Positions 11,478 to 21,386 of a DNA stretch of 64,000 nucleotides are shown piece after piece. The notes under the pieces were generated by a model. That model did not search any database. It was given only the letters and a program-made list of their open reading frames with translations, and was not told the DNA's origin. The stretch covers positions 1,158-65,157 of the forward strand of contig JBJDZI010000030.1 of the NCBI GenBank assembly GCA_051867925.1, written 5' to 3'. The DNA is from Eubacteriales bacterium. Its GTDB lineage: Bacteria; Bacillota; Clostridia; Oscillospirales; CAG-272. The number at the start of each line of letters is the position of its first letter. The first letter of the stretch is position 1. The position numbers were made by a program, and so were the translations under genes.

Positions 11478-11744
11478 ATGCCGAATATCAAATCCGCTAA
11501 AAAGCGCGTGCTTGTCACCGAAACCAAGACCCTGCAGAACAAAATGTTCAAGTCCTCTTATAAGACCGCTGTCAAGAAGTACGAAAGTGCTGTTGAAGCA
11601 GGCGATAAGGAGGCTGCAATCGCTCTCTACAAGGCTGTTGTCAAGAAGGTTGACCAGGCTGCTGCTCGTGGAATCATCCACGCTAACGCTGCTGCAAGAA
11701 AGAAGAGCCAGTTCACTCTGATGCTCAACAAAATCGGCGCGTAA
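11478..11744 (+). CDS. rpsT: 30S ribosomal protein S20
   Basis: MPNIKSAKKRV...GIIHANAAARKKS; AGGAGGT RBS. Confidence 0.97.
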   Translation: MPNIKSAKKRVLVTETKTLQNKMFKSSYKTAVKKYESAVEAGDKEAAIALYKAVVKKVDQAAARGIIHANAAARKKSQFTLMLNKIGA

Positions 11745-11750
11745 GTCATT

Positions 11751-11808
11751 CCGGAATGTCAGGATCTGCAATGCAAGTCCCAAGCATTCCGGTTTGTTTT
11801 TTTGTTTT
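11751..11808 (+). terminator. Probable intrinsic terminator of rpsT
   Basis: CCGGAATG...CATTCCGG stem followed by a long T tract; second hairpin CTCCCCTGCAATA/TATTGCAGGGGAG at about 11815-11850. Confidence 0.6.
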
Positions 11809-11888
11809 TGGACGCTCCCCTGCAATATTCCGCAGAGTATTGCAGGGGAGATTTTTTCGGTGACTGACGGAATTTCTTGCCGATGAAA

Positions 11889-12494
11889 CTATTCCTCGTT
11901 ACTGATAAACTCCCGCACCCGAAGGGTGACACCGCACTCTGCGGCGATCTCACGGCAACGCTCGATCTCCTCGGGCGAAATGGTGGTGTCCACCACGGAG
12001 AGGACTACCTTGGGAACATAGCGGACGGCGGCTTTGGCAAAGTCCAGCAAACCCTCGTATGCCGCCTCGCCAAAGCGGCTGTGGCAAATCTTCTGATAAG
12101 AAGCCGCGTCGGCAGTATTCAGCGAAACCGACAGCACGTCAATGAGTCCTGCCAGTTTGGGGGTAATATCGTAGCCTGCAATCAGACTTCCCTGCCCGTT
12201 GGTATTGATGCGAATGGGAAGCATCGTGCGCTCCTTCACTCTGCGGGCAACCTCCAAAATATCGTCTATGCGTTCGGTGGGTTCACCAAAGCCGCAGAAG
12301 ACCAGTTCGGTGTATTTGGTCAGATCCCGGGCAAAGATGCTTTCGCAGATCTCGTCCACGGTAGGTTCGCGCTTCAGCCACAGATCGCCGTAATAGGATT
12401 CCACGGTGGAGCGGACGCAAAATTCACAGGCATTGGAGCAACGGTTGGTGGAGTTGACGTAAAGTCCGCTGCCGACCTCATAAGTGACGGTCAT
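11889..12494 (-). CDS. TatD-associated radical SAM protein
   Basis: LYVNSTNRCSNACEFCVR (CxxxCxxC), VFCGFGEP, RINTNG; directly downstream of tatD. Confidence 0.88.
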   Translation of the reverse strand: MTVTYEVGSGLYVNSTNRCSNACEFCVRSTVESYYGDLWLKREPTVDEICESIFARDLTKYTELVFCGFGEPTERIDDILEVARRVKERTMLPIRINTNGQGSLIAGYDITPKLAGLIDVLSVSLNTADAASYQKICHSRFGEAAYEGLLDFAKAAVRYVPKVVLSVVDTTISPEEIERCREIAAECGVTLRVREFISNEE

Positions 12495-13290
12495 ATTCAT
12501 CCTCGATTCCAAATAGTTTGCAGGCGTTGGCGTGGGTCTGCCGCACGAAGGCTTCCACGTCCTCGCCGCGCAGTTCTGCCGCTTTTGCGGCGGTATAGCA
12601 GAGATTGCCCGAATGGTTGGTCTTGCCGCGCATAGGGACGGGCGAAAGGTAAGGGCAATCGGTCTCGATAAGAATCTGCTCTGCGGGAACGATCTTCACC
12701 GCTTCGGGCGCCCGCGCCGCGTTTTTATAGGTGATCACCCCCGAAAAAGAGATGTACCAGCCGCGCCTTGCCAGTTGGCTCACCATTTCGGGGGAGCAGG
12801 AGCAGGAGTGGAGTACGCCGCGGACATTCGGATGAGCCGTCAGCGCGTCGAACACGTCGCCGTGGGCTTCCCTGTCGTGGATCACCACGGGATAGCCGGT
12901 CTCCTCCGCCAGCGTCAGCTGGGCATGGAGCCACTCCTTTTGCATTTCGCGGGGCGGATTTTCCTCCCAGTAATAATCCAGCCCGATCTCGCCGATTGCA
13001 ACGACCTTGGGATGCTCCAGCATCTTGCGCAGGATTTCCATCGTGTCGGAAAGATCGCCTTCCTGAAGCTGATCATAGATGTTGCCGGGATGGATGCCCA
13101 CGGCGGCATAGTAATGCGAATAGTGCTCGCAAAGAGCGATATGTTCCCGGGCATCTGCTGTGGTGGTCGCCGCACCGACGATACAGGTGACGTCCTCGGC
13201 AAACAGGCGATCCAGCAGCTGATCCCGCTGACCGTCAAAGCGACGGTCGTTGTAGTGGGAGTGGGTATCAAAATAACGTAGTTTTTCCAT
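12478..13290 (-). CDS. tatD: TatD-family hydrolase
   Basis: FDTHSH, VGIHP, AIGEIGLDYY, VIHDREA, ETDCPYL. Confidence 0.93.
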   Translation of the reverse strand: MEKLRYFDTHSHYNDRRFDGQRDQLLDRLFAEDVTCIVGAATTTADAREHIALCEHYSHYYAAVGIHPGNIYDQLQEGDLSDTMEILRKMLEHPKVVAIGEIGLDYYWEENPPREMQKEWLHAQLTLAEETGYPVVIHDREAHGDVFDALTAHPNVRGVLHSCSCSPEMVSQLARRGWYISFSGVITYKNAARAPEAVKIVPAEQILIETDCPYLSPVPMRGKTNHSGNLCYTAAKAAELRGEDVEAFVRQTHANACKLFGIEDEYDRHL

Positions 13291-13309
13291 AATTTTTTGT
13301 GCCGCAGTT

Positions 13310-14242
13310 TTAACCGCCGCGTGCTTCCAGTTTTTGCAGAAGCGCGGTAAAATAGTCGGGCAGATCACTTTCAAAGAACATTTCTTTGCCCGTAATTGGG
13401 TGGATAAAGCCTATGGTGCGGGCGTGGAGGCATTGTCCTGCCATCATCGATGCCATTTGCTTCTCCAGCGGCGAGTTTCCTCCTCCGTAGACGGGATCGC
13501 AAAAGAGCGGATGTCCGATGGAAGACAGGTGAACGCGGATCTGGTGGGTGCGCCCGGTTTCCAGCACGCATTTCACATGGGTGTAACCTGCATACTGCCG
13601 TAATACCGACCAATGGGTGACAGCGTCTCTGCCGTCCGGGACGATCGCCATTTTTTTGCGATCAGTGGGATGTCTTCCGATGGACGCGTGGACGGTTCCT
13701 TTCTCCTCCCGAAAACGTCCCACCGCTATGGCTTCGTAGGAGCGCAGAAAGCTGTGGGTGCTGATCTGTTCTGCCAGCGAGAGATGGGCTTTGTCGTTTT
13801 TGGCGACGATCAGCAGTCCGCTGGTGTCCTTGTCGATGCGATGGACGATTCCGGGGCGGATCACGCCGTTGATGCCCGACAGCGAGTCGCCGCAATGATA
13901 GAGGAGCGCATTGACCAGCGTTCCCGTATAATTGCCGGGAGCGGGATGCACCACCATGCCCTTGGGCTTGTTGACCACCAGCAGATCGCCGTCCTCGTAA
14001 ACGATCTCGATGGGGATGTTTTCGGGCAGGGCTTCGGTGGGTTCGGGGTCGGGGATGGTGATCTCAATCAGATCTTCCGCCTTCAGTTTCTCGTTTTTGA
14101 CCGCAATTTTCCCGCAACGCAGGACATTGCCGTCCTCACAGAGTTTTTGAACGGCGGAGCGGGTCAATTCGCAGGCATCGGACAGGTACTGATCCAGCCG
14201 ACGACCCGCATCCTCAGGAGAGACGGTGATCGTTCGTGTCAT
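13310..14242 (-). CDS. rluD: RluA/RluD-family pseudouridine synthase
   Basis: S4-like N-terminus, NKPKGMVVHP, HRIDKDTSG, LETGRTHQIRVH. Confidence 0.9.
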   Translation of the reverse strand: MTRTITVSPEDAGRRLDQYLSDACELTRSAVQKLCEDGNVLRCGKIAVKNEKLKAEDLIEITIPDPEPTEALPENIPIEIVYEDGDLLVVNKPKGMVVHPAPGNYTGTLVNALLYHCGDSLSGINGVIRPGIVHRIDKDTSGLLIVAKNDKAHLSLAEQISTHSFLRSYEAIAVGRFREEKGTVHASIGRHPTDRKKMAIVPDGRDAVTHWSVLRQYAGYTHVKCVLETGRTHQIRVHLSSIGHPLFCDPVYGGGNSPLEKQMASMMAGQCLHARTIGFIHPITGKEMFFESDLPDYFTALLQKLEARGG

Positions 14243-14873
14243 GGTTTTCATCCTCGGATGGGGGAACATCCGTCTCGGGGGCGGAGGTTTGGGAAGGGGC
14301 GATCTCAGGCGCGGATGCCGGCTCCCCTTGGGATGCGGCGGGTGCGACTTGCACCGCTTTTTTACGGCGGGCTTCCTTCACCTCATCGATGATTACCGCA
14401 AGGACGATGAGTCCTGCGCCAACACAGACTGCCGCATCGGCTATGTTGAAGATCCACGACCACAGATTCGGAAAGGCGCAGAAATCAATGAAATCAATCA
14501 CCGCGCCGTCACCGAAGGTCTCTCCGTTCCAGAGACGGTCGATCATATTACCCACACCGCCGCCTACCACCATCGCCAGCGCGATGCCGTAGAGGGTGCC
14601 GATCTTTTTGGAGCGCAGCACCAGACAGGTGCCGATTCCCAAAACGGCAACGGTGGAGAGGACGATAAAGATCCAGCGATGATCGGAAAGCATACCGAAT
14701 GCCGCACCTTCGTTCAGGATATAGGTGAAGTGCAACACACCCTCGATGAGAGGCTTGCTTTCCTTCAGCGCAAAATTGTTTACGATAAGCAGTTTGGTAA
14801 TCTGATCCAGTAAAACCACCAGAAGCAGCACCCCGATATAGAGTGCTGCTTTTCTGACGTTTACTGCAATCAC
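14214..14873 (-). CDS. lspA: Lipoprotein signal peptidase II
   Basis: DQITK, NEGAAFG, GNMIDR, VIDFI, FNIAD; start uncertain (GTG at 14873 chosen). Confidence 0.92.
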   Translation of the reverse strand: MIAVNVRKAALYIGVLLLVVLLDQITKLLIVNNFALKESKPLIEGVLHFTYILNEGAAFGMLSDHRWIFIVLSTVAVLGIGTCLVLRSKKIGTLYGIALAMVVGGGVGNMIDRLWNGETFGDGAVIDFIDFCAFPNLWSWIFNIADAAVCVGAGLIVLAVIIDEVKEARRKKAVQVAPAASQGEPASAPEIAPSQTSAPETDVPPSEDENHDTNDHRLS

Positions 14874-14884
14874 AGACTCGTCTT

Positions 14885-17677
14885 TTACAGACCGAGAATG
14901 GTTTTGCATCTCTTGCATAAGAATCCTTCCCCGTCGCTGATCCCCTCGGTGGAGTAAGACCAGCAACGGTCACATTTTTGTCCGTCGGCAGTTTCAACCA
15001 GTACCGCCAGCGTTCCTTCTTCATTCTGATATGCGCCATCCGGTGCAGGGGCATCGGTGACGATAACGCCGGACACGATGAAGATCGAGGGAAGTTCATC
15101 CCCAAAGCTGTCCAGCAGAGCCTTGACATTTCCCTGTGCGTAGATAGTCAGTTTTGCGTCCAGCGACTTACCGATGGTCTTCTCGGCACGCGCCAGCTCC
15201 AGCGCCTTCATCACGCTGTCGCGGAGATCGAATAGTGCGTTGTACTTCTCTTCCAGATCGGCAAACGCCAGCGCCTCGTCGTAGGCGGGCATAGCGTTGA
15301 GCATGACGTGAGTCGCATCCTCGTCTGCGGTGTGAGGCATTGCCTCCCACAGTTCGTTGGTGGTAAAGCTGAGGATGGGTGCCATCAGGCGGGTCATTGC
15401 GCTCAGCACAATGAACATGGCAGACTGTGCGGAACGGCGCGCCCGGGAGGTCTTGTTTTCCACGTACACGCGATCCTTGGTGATGTCAACGTACAGCTTG
15501 GACAGATCGTTGGTGCAGAAATTGTTCAGCGCCTGGCAGATCACATGGAACTCGTACCGATCGTAGGACTCGCGCACCTGCTTGGTGAAGCGGTTCAGAC
15601 GGGCGAGAATCCAGCGATCGATGTCCTGCATCTCGGAAACGGGAACGAGGTCGGTCTTGGGATCGAAATCGTCTCCCAAATTCGCCAGCAGGATACGGGC
15701 GGTATTACGGAATTTGCGGTAAGACTCGGACAGCTGTTTGAAAATTGCATCAGAGCAACGAACGTCTACGCGATAATCGGAAGAGGCTACCCACAGACGA
15801 ACCAGTTCTGCGCCGTACTTTTTGATCATATCCTCGGGGTATACCGAGTTGCCCTTGGATTTGTGCATTGCCTCGCCCTTGCCGTCTACTACCCAGCCGT
15901 GGGTGAGAATCTGGCGATAGGGCGCGCCCTCGCCCTTGGCACCGACGGCGCAAAGGAGTGAAGACTGGAACCAGCCGCGATATTGGTCAGCACCCTCCAG
16001 ATAGAGGTCTGCAGGCCACTTCATTTCGGGATTATTCTCCAGCACCGCAAAGTGAGAGGAGCCGGAATCGAACCAACCATCCAGCGTGTTGGTCTCTTTG
16101 GTGAACTCGGACTTGCCGCAAGAGGGGCAGGTAAAGCCTTCGGGAAGCAGTTCCTTTGCTTCATGTAAAAACCATGCGTTGGAGCCTTCCTTGGCGAAAA
16201 TCTCGGAAACGCGGTCGATAGTCTCGTGGGTGCAGATTTCCTTGCCGCAGTCGGCACAGTAGAACACAGGAATGGGCAGACCCCAATGACGCTGACGGGA
16301 AATACACCAGTCTGCACGATCCCGGATCATCTGGGCGATCCGATCACCGCCCCATGCGGGGAGCCAGTCTACATCCTTGCAGGCTTCCACGGCAGCATCC
16401 TTGAAGGCGTCTACCGAGCAGAACCACTGGGGAGTTGCACGGAAGATGATGGGATGCTTGCAACGCCAACAGTGAGGATACTGGTGCACGATCTCCTCGG
16501 AAGCGAAGAGTGCGCCGGTTTCCTTCAGATCTTCCAGAATGGCGTCGGAAGAGACATCGTAACGCATTCCTGCGAACTTGCCCGCGTCAGCGGTCTGGAA
16601 GCCGCGATCGTCTACGGGAACGATGACGTCGATGTTGTAACGGCGGGAGGTAACGTAGTCGTCTGCACCGAAGCCGCCTGCGGTGTGAACGCATCCCGTA
16701 CCGCTGTCCATGGTAACGTAATCGGCGTTCGCCACCAGAGAGGTTCTGTCCAAGAAGGGATGCTTGGCGGTCATGTATTCAAAGGTCTTGCCGGGGAAGG
16801 TGGCAACCACCTCAAAGGTCTCGATGCCTGCTTTTGCCAGCGCATTCGGAGCCAATGCGTGTGCCATGATGTAAAACTCTTCCCCTGCTTTGATCACGTC
16901 GTAATCCTCAACGGGGTTCAGGGCGATTGCCTGGTTGCCGGGCAGAGTCCATGCAGTGGTAGTCCAGATGACGAAATAGGTCTTGGACAGATCGCAAATA
17001 TCCTTCAGAATGCCCTTATCGTCTGCTACGGCGAACTTGACGAAGATAGAGGTACACTTGTCCTCCTGATACTCGATCTCAGCCTCTGCCAGCGCAGTTT
17101 CGTCAGTGGGGCACCAATAAACGGGTTTCATGCCCTTGTAGATATAGCCCTTGGTGAACATTTCGCCGAAGACCTTGACCTCGCGCGCCTCGAAGGAGGG
17201 AGCCATGGTGGTATAGGGATGTTCCCAATCTGCCAGCACGCCCAAACGCTTGAAGGACTCCATCTGAATGTGAACGTATTTATCGGCAAACGCCTCGCAG
17301 GCTGAGCGGAATTCGGGAATGGACATCTTCTTGCGATCCAGCTTGTTCTGCTTGATGATGGCAGATTCAATGGGCATACCGTGGTTATCCCAACCGGGAA
17401 TGATCGGTACGCGATAGCCGCTCATCATCTTACTGCGGTTGATAAAATCCTTGACGATCTTATTCAGAGCAGTTCCCATGTGGATGTTGCCGTTGGAGAA
17501 AGGAGGACCGTCGTGCAGGACGAAAGTGGGATGTCCCTCATTCTTTTTGTTGATGGTGCGGTAGAGATCAATCTTCTTCCAGCTCTCCAGCATCTTGGGT
17601 TCTCTTTCGGGAAGCCCTGCCCGCATGGGGAAATCGGTTTTGGGCAGGTTCAGGGTTTGGGTGTAGTCTTTTGCCAT
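14885..17677 (-). CDS. ileS: Isoleucine--tRNA ligase (type 1)
   Basis: TLNLPKTDFPM, LHDGPP, WTTTAWTLP, DWCISRQR, C-terminal CDRCW/CKRC zinc site. Confidence 0.97.
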   Translation of the reverse strand: MAKDYTQTLNLPKTDFPMRAGLPEREPKMLESWKKIDLYRTINKKNEGHPTFVLHDGPPFSNGNIHMGTALNKIVKDFINRSKMMSGYRVPIIPGWDNHGMPIESAIIKQNKLDRKKMSIPEFRSACEAFADKYVHIQMESFKRLGVLADWEHPYTTMAPSFEAREVKVFGEMFTKGYIYKGMKPVYWCPTDETALAEAEIEYQEDKCTSIFVKFAVADDKGILKDICDLSKTYFVIWTTTAWTLPGNQAIALNPVEDYDVIKAGEEFYIMAHALAPNALAKAGIETFEVVATFPGKTFEYMTAKHPFLDRTSLVANADYVTMDSGTGCVHTAGGFGADDYVTSRRYNIDVIVPVDDRGFQTADAGKFAGMRYDVSSDAILEDLKETGALFASEEIVHQYPHCWRCKHPIIFRATPQWFCSVDAFKDAAVEACKDVDWLPAWGGDRIAQMIRDRADWCISRQRHWGLPIPVFYCADCGKEICTHETIDRVSEIFAKEGSNAWFLHEAKELLPEGFTCPSCGKSEFTKETNTLDGWFDSGSSHFAVLENNPEMKWPADLYLEGADQYRGWFQSSLLCAVGAKGEGAPYRQILTHGWVVDGKGEAMHKSKGNSVYPEDMIKKYGAELVRLWVASSDYRVDVRCSDAIFKQLSESYRKFRNTARILLANLGDDFDPKTDLVPVSEMQDIDRWILARLNRFTKQVRESYDRYEFHVICQALNNFCTNDLSKLYVDITKDRVYVENKTSRARRSAQSAMFIVLSAMTRLMAPILSFTTNELWEAMPHTADEDATHVMLNAMPAYDEALAFADLEEKYNALFDLRDSVMKALELARAEKTIGKSLDAKLTIYAQGNVKALLDSFGDELPSIFIVSGVIVTDAPAPDGAYQNEEGTLAVLVETADGQKCDRCWSYSTEGISDGEGFLCKRCKTILGL

Positions 17678-17720
17678 TTTAGCCTCCAGTGGTTTCACTA
17701 TCTATATTGATCTGATTTTT

Positions 17721-18551
17721 TCACGAGTTGGGTCTGCGGAACACGACGGTGTTTTCGCTGTCCGCTTCTACGGACAGGCTCGGATCGTCCCGTTTGGCGC
17801 TTGCGCGTTTGATGTCGGACAGATTGACCGAGCGGGTGTCTGCAAAGGTTGCCGACGGATCGGCAGAGGGTCTTGGCTTGTCCGCGCTTCCGGGCTTTGC
17901 GATCTTGACGTCGCTGTCGGGATCGTCGTTTTTGCCCGCAGACATCAGACTTTCCAGCGTTTCGTCGTCTATCTTGATCTTGGGCGTGTCAACGATCCCC
18001 TCGGAGGGAGACGCTTCTTCTGCGGCATCCACATCCAGCACCACCTGTCCGATGACGTTGGATACGTATTCCTCGGGAGCCAGCTGCCATTCACCCCCGT
18101 CCTCGCCCTCGGGCGAGATCGCCTCCAGAAACTCGATATGCTTCTGATAAAGGTTGAACATCCGCGATTTGAACTCGAACACCTGAGTTTTCAATGCCTG
18201 CAGCGTGTCCTGCTTCTGCTGGATTTCGGCTTCAAAGTCGGCAAGCATCTGCTTGCAGTTGTCTTTGGTGCTTTCGAGGATCAGCTGGGATCTGTCGCCT
18301 GCCTCCCGCATGATGCGGGTGCCTGCGTTTTGTGCGTTGACCAGTGCCCGGCGGATAGCGTCCTCGTTTTTGCGGTAACGCTCCAGCTCCGCCTCCGAAG
18401 AAGCAAGCCGCCGCTCCAGATCGTTGTACGCACGGTATAACTCGGTGTATTGATTGATCACGAACTCAAGATGCTCGTCCACCTCGCTAATGTTATAGCC
18501 CTTGAGCGCCGTTTTGAAGGGTTTATTTTGGAGTTCGTAGGGAGGAAGCAT
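17721..18551 (-). CDS. divIVA: DivIVA-domain cell division protein
   Basis: ELQNKPFKTALKGYNISEVDEHL, coiled coil, position between ylmH and ileS. Confidence 0.85.
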   Translation of the reverse strand: MLPPYELQNKPFKTALKGYNISEVDEHLEFVINQYTELYRAYNDLERRLASSEAELERYRKNEDAIRRALVNAQNAGTRIMREAGDRSQLILESTKDNCKQMLADFEAEIQQKQDTLQALKTQVFEFKSRMFNLYQKHIEFLEAISPEGEDGGEWQLAPEEYVSNVIGQVVLDVDAAEEASPSEGIVDTPKIKIDDETLESLMSAGKNDDPDSDVKIAKPGSADKPRPSADPSATFADTRSVNLSDIKRASAKRDDPSLSVEADSENTVVFRRPNS

Positions 18552-18579
18552 TGCATCCTCTCCTTTCTGTATATTCTCA

Positions 18580-18783
18580 TAGGCGATTATAAAACTACGT
18601 TTTACAATCGAACCGCGCAGAGCGCGGTAAGCACGCGCTTATCGCCGCTTGCCAAAATCTGCGATTTTGGCAGCTCCCCTCGGCGCGTGGACTCGCTTTG
18701 CTCGTCTTAGAGGAGTTTGTTCATCGGCAAAGCCGTCGAAAAAACGATTGAATTTATAATTTGCCGACTTTTACAATCGGTTA
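18580..18783. mobile_element. MITE-like element with 11-bp target-site duplication
   Basis: Flanking direct repeat GTATATTCTCA (18569-18579 and 18784-18794); 17-bp imperfect TIRs (13/17 match); several internal hairpins; no coding capacity. Confidence 0.7.
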
Positions 18784-18808
18784 GTATATTCTCACGATAC
18801 AGGAGCCG

Positions 18809-19576
18809 TCAGACGTAGCGCTTGGCTTCGATACGGATCCTGTCTTTTTGTGTCGTCCTGAGGGAAACGATGGAAAACTTCCCCGCTCCGCGCACCGAGA
18901 TCACGTCCGACTCGGCAAACGGAGCATCGGGGCGTTTTTCCTCCCGATAATTGTGGGTTACCTGCCCCGACAGGATCAGTGCCTTCGCCTTCTCCCGGGA
19001 AACACGGGCAAAAGAGCTGACGGCGCAATCCAGCCGCGTGGATGCGACCACGTCGGTAAATGGCTCAAAGGCGCGCTGATATGCGGCAATCGCCGGGAGC
19101 ATGGCAGGATAACCCTCCGCGCTGCGCACTTCTACCTTATCCGCTCCCACCCGCTCCAGCGGAGAGGGGGAGGTCAGCAGAAAGTCCGCAATGGCGGGCG
19201 TAACAAAAACCGCCGCACCGAAAGGGAGGGGCAAAATGTCTCCCATCGCGCTGCGGTCGATCCCGAGGGCGGTCAGCGCGCCCAAAAAGGATCGGTGGGA
19301 CAGATCGACGTAGCCGCTGGTAAGGATCGCCACCGGCACGAAATAATCGTCCCAATTTATATAGGATGGTTCCAGATAATCCGGAAGCAGAAGGAGCATC
19401 GTCCGCTCTGCCTCTTCATAGCCGCCGAAAGCGGCGTAGCGGACAGAGACGCGCGAAAGATACTCCTGTGCCTCTGCCCTCTCATCCGGTGAGAGAAAGG
19501 CAGTGGGCGCAGGAATCCCCCGCTCCGCCATCCGTGCAAGATCGGAAAGTCTTGCCTCCAGCCCCTTACCGATCAT
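18809..19576 (-). CDS. ylmH: YlmH/Sll1252-family S4-domain RNA-binding protein
   Basis: TAFLSPDE, FGGYEEAER, HRSFLGALTALGIDR, ASTRLD, DVISVRGAGK. Confidence 0.88.
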   Translation of the reverse strand: MIGKGLEARLSDLARMAERGIPAPTAFLSPDERAEAQEYLSRVSVRYAAFGGYEEAERTMLLLLPDYLEPSYINWDDYFVPVAILTSGYVDLSHRSFLGALTALGIDRSAMGDILPLPFGAAVFVTPAIADFLLTSPSPLERVGADKVEVRSAEGYPAMLPAIAAYQRAFEPFTDVVASTRLDCAVSSFARVSREKAKALILSGQVTHNYREEKRPDAPFAESDVISVRGAGKFSIVSLRTTQKDRIRIEAKRYV

Positions 19577-19854
19577 AGATACACCGTAGGCAGTAACATC
19601 TGAATCACTGACAGCAGGATCACGGCGACGAGAAAGGGGATGTCTATGGGCAGATCCCGGATGGATTCAAACCGATCCAGCAGTTTTCGGATCGGGATGA
19701 TGAGCGGTTCGGTCACGGCATAGAGAAAGTTCATGACAGGACCGTCTTCAGCCATAAACAGCCAGGACAGGATTGCCCGGAACAGAAACAGCAGTTCTTC
19801 GACGGTCAGAAACAGCCGAACGATGACGACGAGCAGGTAGATCAGCAGATCCAA
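19573..19854 (-). CDS. yggT: YggT-family membrane protein
   Basis: RAILSW, LYAVTEPLIIPIR, PIDIPF; cluster context. Confidence 0.9.
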   Translation of the reverse strand: MDLLIYLLVVIVRLFLTVEELLFLFRAILSWLFMAEDGPVMNFLYAVTEPLIIPIRKLLDRFESIRDLPIDIPFLVAVILLSVIQMLLPTVYL

Positions 19855-19871
19855 AATGGGTTCCCCGCGTC

Positions 19872-20369
19872 TTAGAAGTTATCGAAAGAGTCCCGATCGC
19901 CGGGCTTGGATGCCGCCTTTGCACCGGTCAGCATCTCACCGGAAACAGATACGTTATTGGGCGTAATGATGTAGGTGCTGTTGGTGACCGATTTGATCTG
20001 TCCGTCGATGGCGTAAGCAACGCCGTTCAAAAAGTCAACGATGCGCAGAGCGGTGTCCTTGCTGGTGGCTTCCAGATTCAGGACTACGGTGCAGTGATTG
20101 AGCAGGTAATCGGCAATCTGTCCCACGGAATTGAAGCTCTCGGGGCGGACTACCTTCAGTTCGATGGCGTTGGAGCCGGTCTTGGGTGCTGCGGTGCGTG
20201 CGGCTTCTGCTCTGTTTTCGGTGTAAGTCATAGGTTTTTCCTCCGTTTTTATCTCTTTTTTAATCTCTTTTTCTTTTTTCTCAACGAGAACCTCTTCTTC
20301 TTCCTCGAAGCTCTCGTCTTCCTCTTCTTCGGTATTGAAGAGTCCGTTGATGATACCTTTGATAGACAT
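19872..20369 (-). CDS. sepF: Cell division protein SepF
   Basis: VVRPESF, IADYL, VVLNLE, RIVDFLNGVAYAIDG, YIITP. Confidence 0.93.
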   Translation of the reverse strand: MSIKGIINGLFNTEEEEDESFEEEEEVLVEKKEKEIKKEIKTEEKPMTYTENRAEAARTAAPKTGSNAIELKVVRPESFNSVGQIADYLLNHCTVVLNLEATSKDTALRIVDFLNGVAYAIDGQIKSVTNSTYIITPNNVSVSGEMLTGAKAASKPGDRDSFDNF

Positions 20370-20440
20370 TTTATTTCCTCCCAAGATTAGATTTGTTATT
20401 GTAAAATGATACACATTTATTTGAATGGTTTTGCGGCTTT

Positions 20441-21386
20441 TCAGTTTGCAGGCGCGTCAATTGTGCCAAACATATTGATATTGTACATAGACTTTAGCAT
20501 ATTATTAATAGCAATTAATTGTTCAGGAGTGGCATTCTCAATCATAGCCTTATTTAGTGTAAATGCTGGATAAACATCTTGATTTTTAAATGGTATTAAA
20601 TACTGAAAATATTCGGGAAGTTCTTTCATTATTTGATATGATTTGATATGTCATTTTGTATTTTTCCAATCCAAAAGCCTTTAAAACTGCCTCATATTCT
20701 TCTGCGGGAACGAGTAAACTAGATAAAGTTGAATTTTGATTGTTATGTATGATCGAGTCTATGTTGTAATTTAGTCTTATACTATATGCACTTTTTAGTG
20801 TGTCTATATTGTCATTGTAATATGGTGCATTTTCAAATGTCAACCAAGGATGTTCAGGGGTAACATTCTCAAATGGAACCGATATTATGTTTTCTCGATT
20901 CTCGTTTGAAGAATAAATTATTCTTGGTCTAAAACTTATAAATTCTGTTTTAATATTATAAACATCTTTGATAATTCCTCCTGTAAAAAGACTCATGCAG
21001 GCAAGGTCGTATGTAAATTCCTCAATATTCTTTAGAACAGCCTCGGCAGTAATGTTATCTTCCTCAATACTTAAATCAGCAGTAGGCGTGTATGGCGGTA
21101 TTGGTTTTTTTGTCGTCGTCTCTGGTCCGGTTGTTGTCCCTGGATTGTTTGCATCACAGTTTTGCCGGTGGTTGGTTCTTTTACATTTGGGTCGTCTGGG
21201 CCACCAGAAACATAAGTTTCATCCCCATCTACTACTATTATTTGTCCTTGGTCGTCTACATAAGTCTTTAACTTGTACTTAAGTCTTTAACTTGTACTTA
21301 TCTTCGTCGCAACCTGTTAGCATTGTGCCTGCAATAAGTGCTGTTGCTATTCCCATGGCAACCAGTTTGGGAGCTATCGTTTTCAT
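20441..21386 (-). pseudogene. AT-rich lipoprotein pseudogene (three frame disruptions)
   Basis: GGAG RBS, MKTIAPKLVAMGIATALIAGTMLTGC lipobox; 19-bp tandem duplication at 21261-21298, apparent 1-nt loss near 21165, 10-bp tandem duplication at 20631-20650; correcting these joins ORFs 20586..20996 and 20441..20629. Confidence 0.8.
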
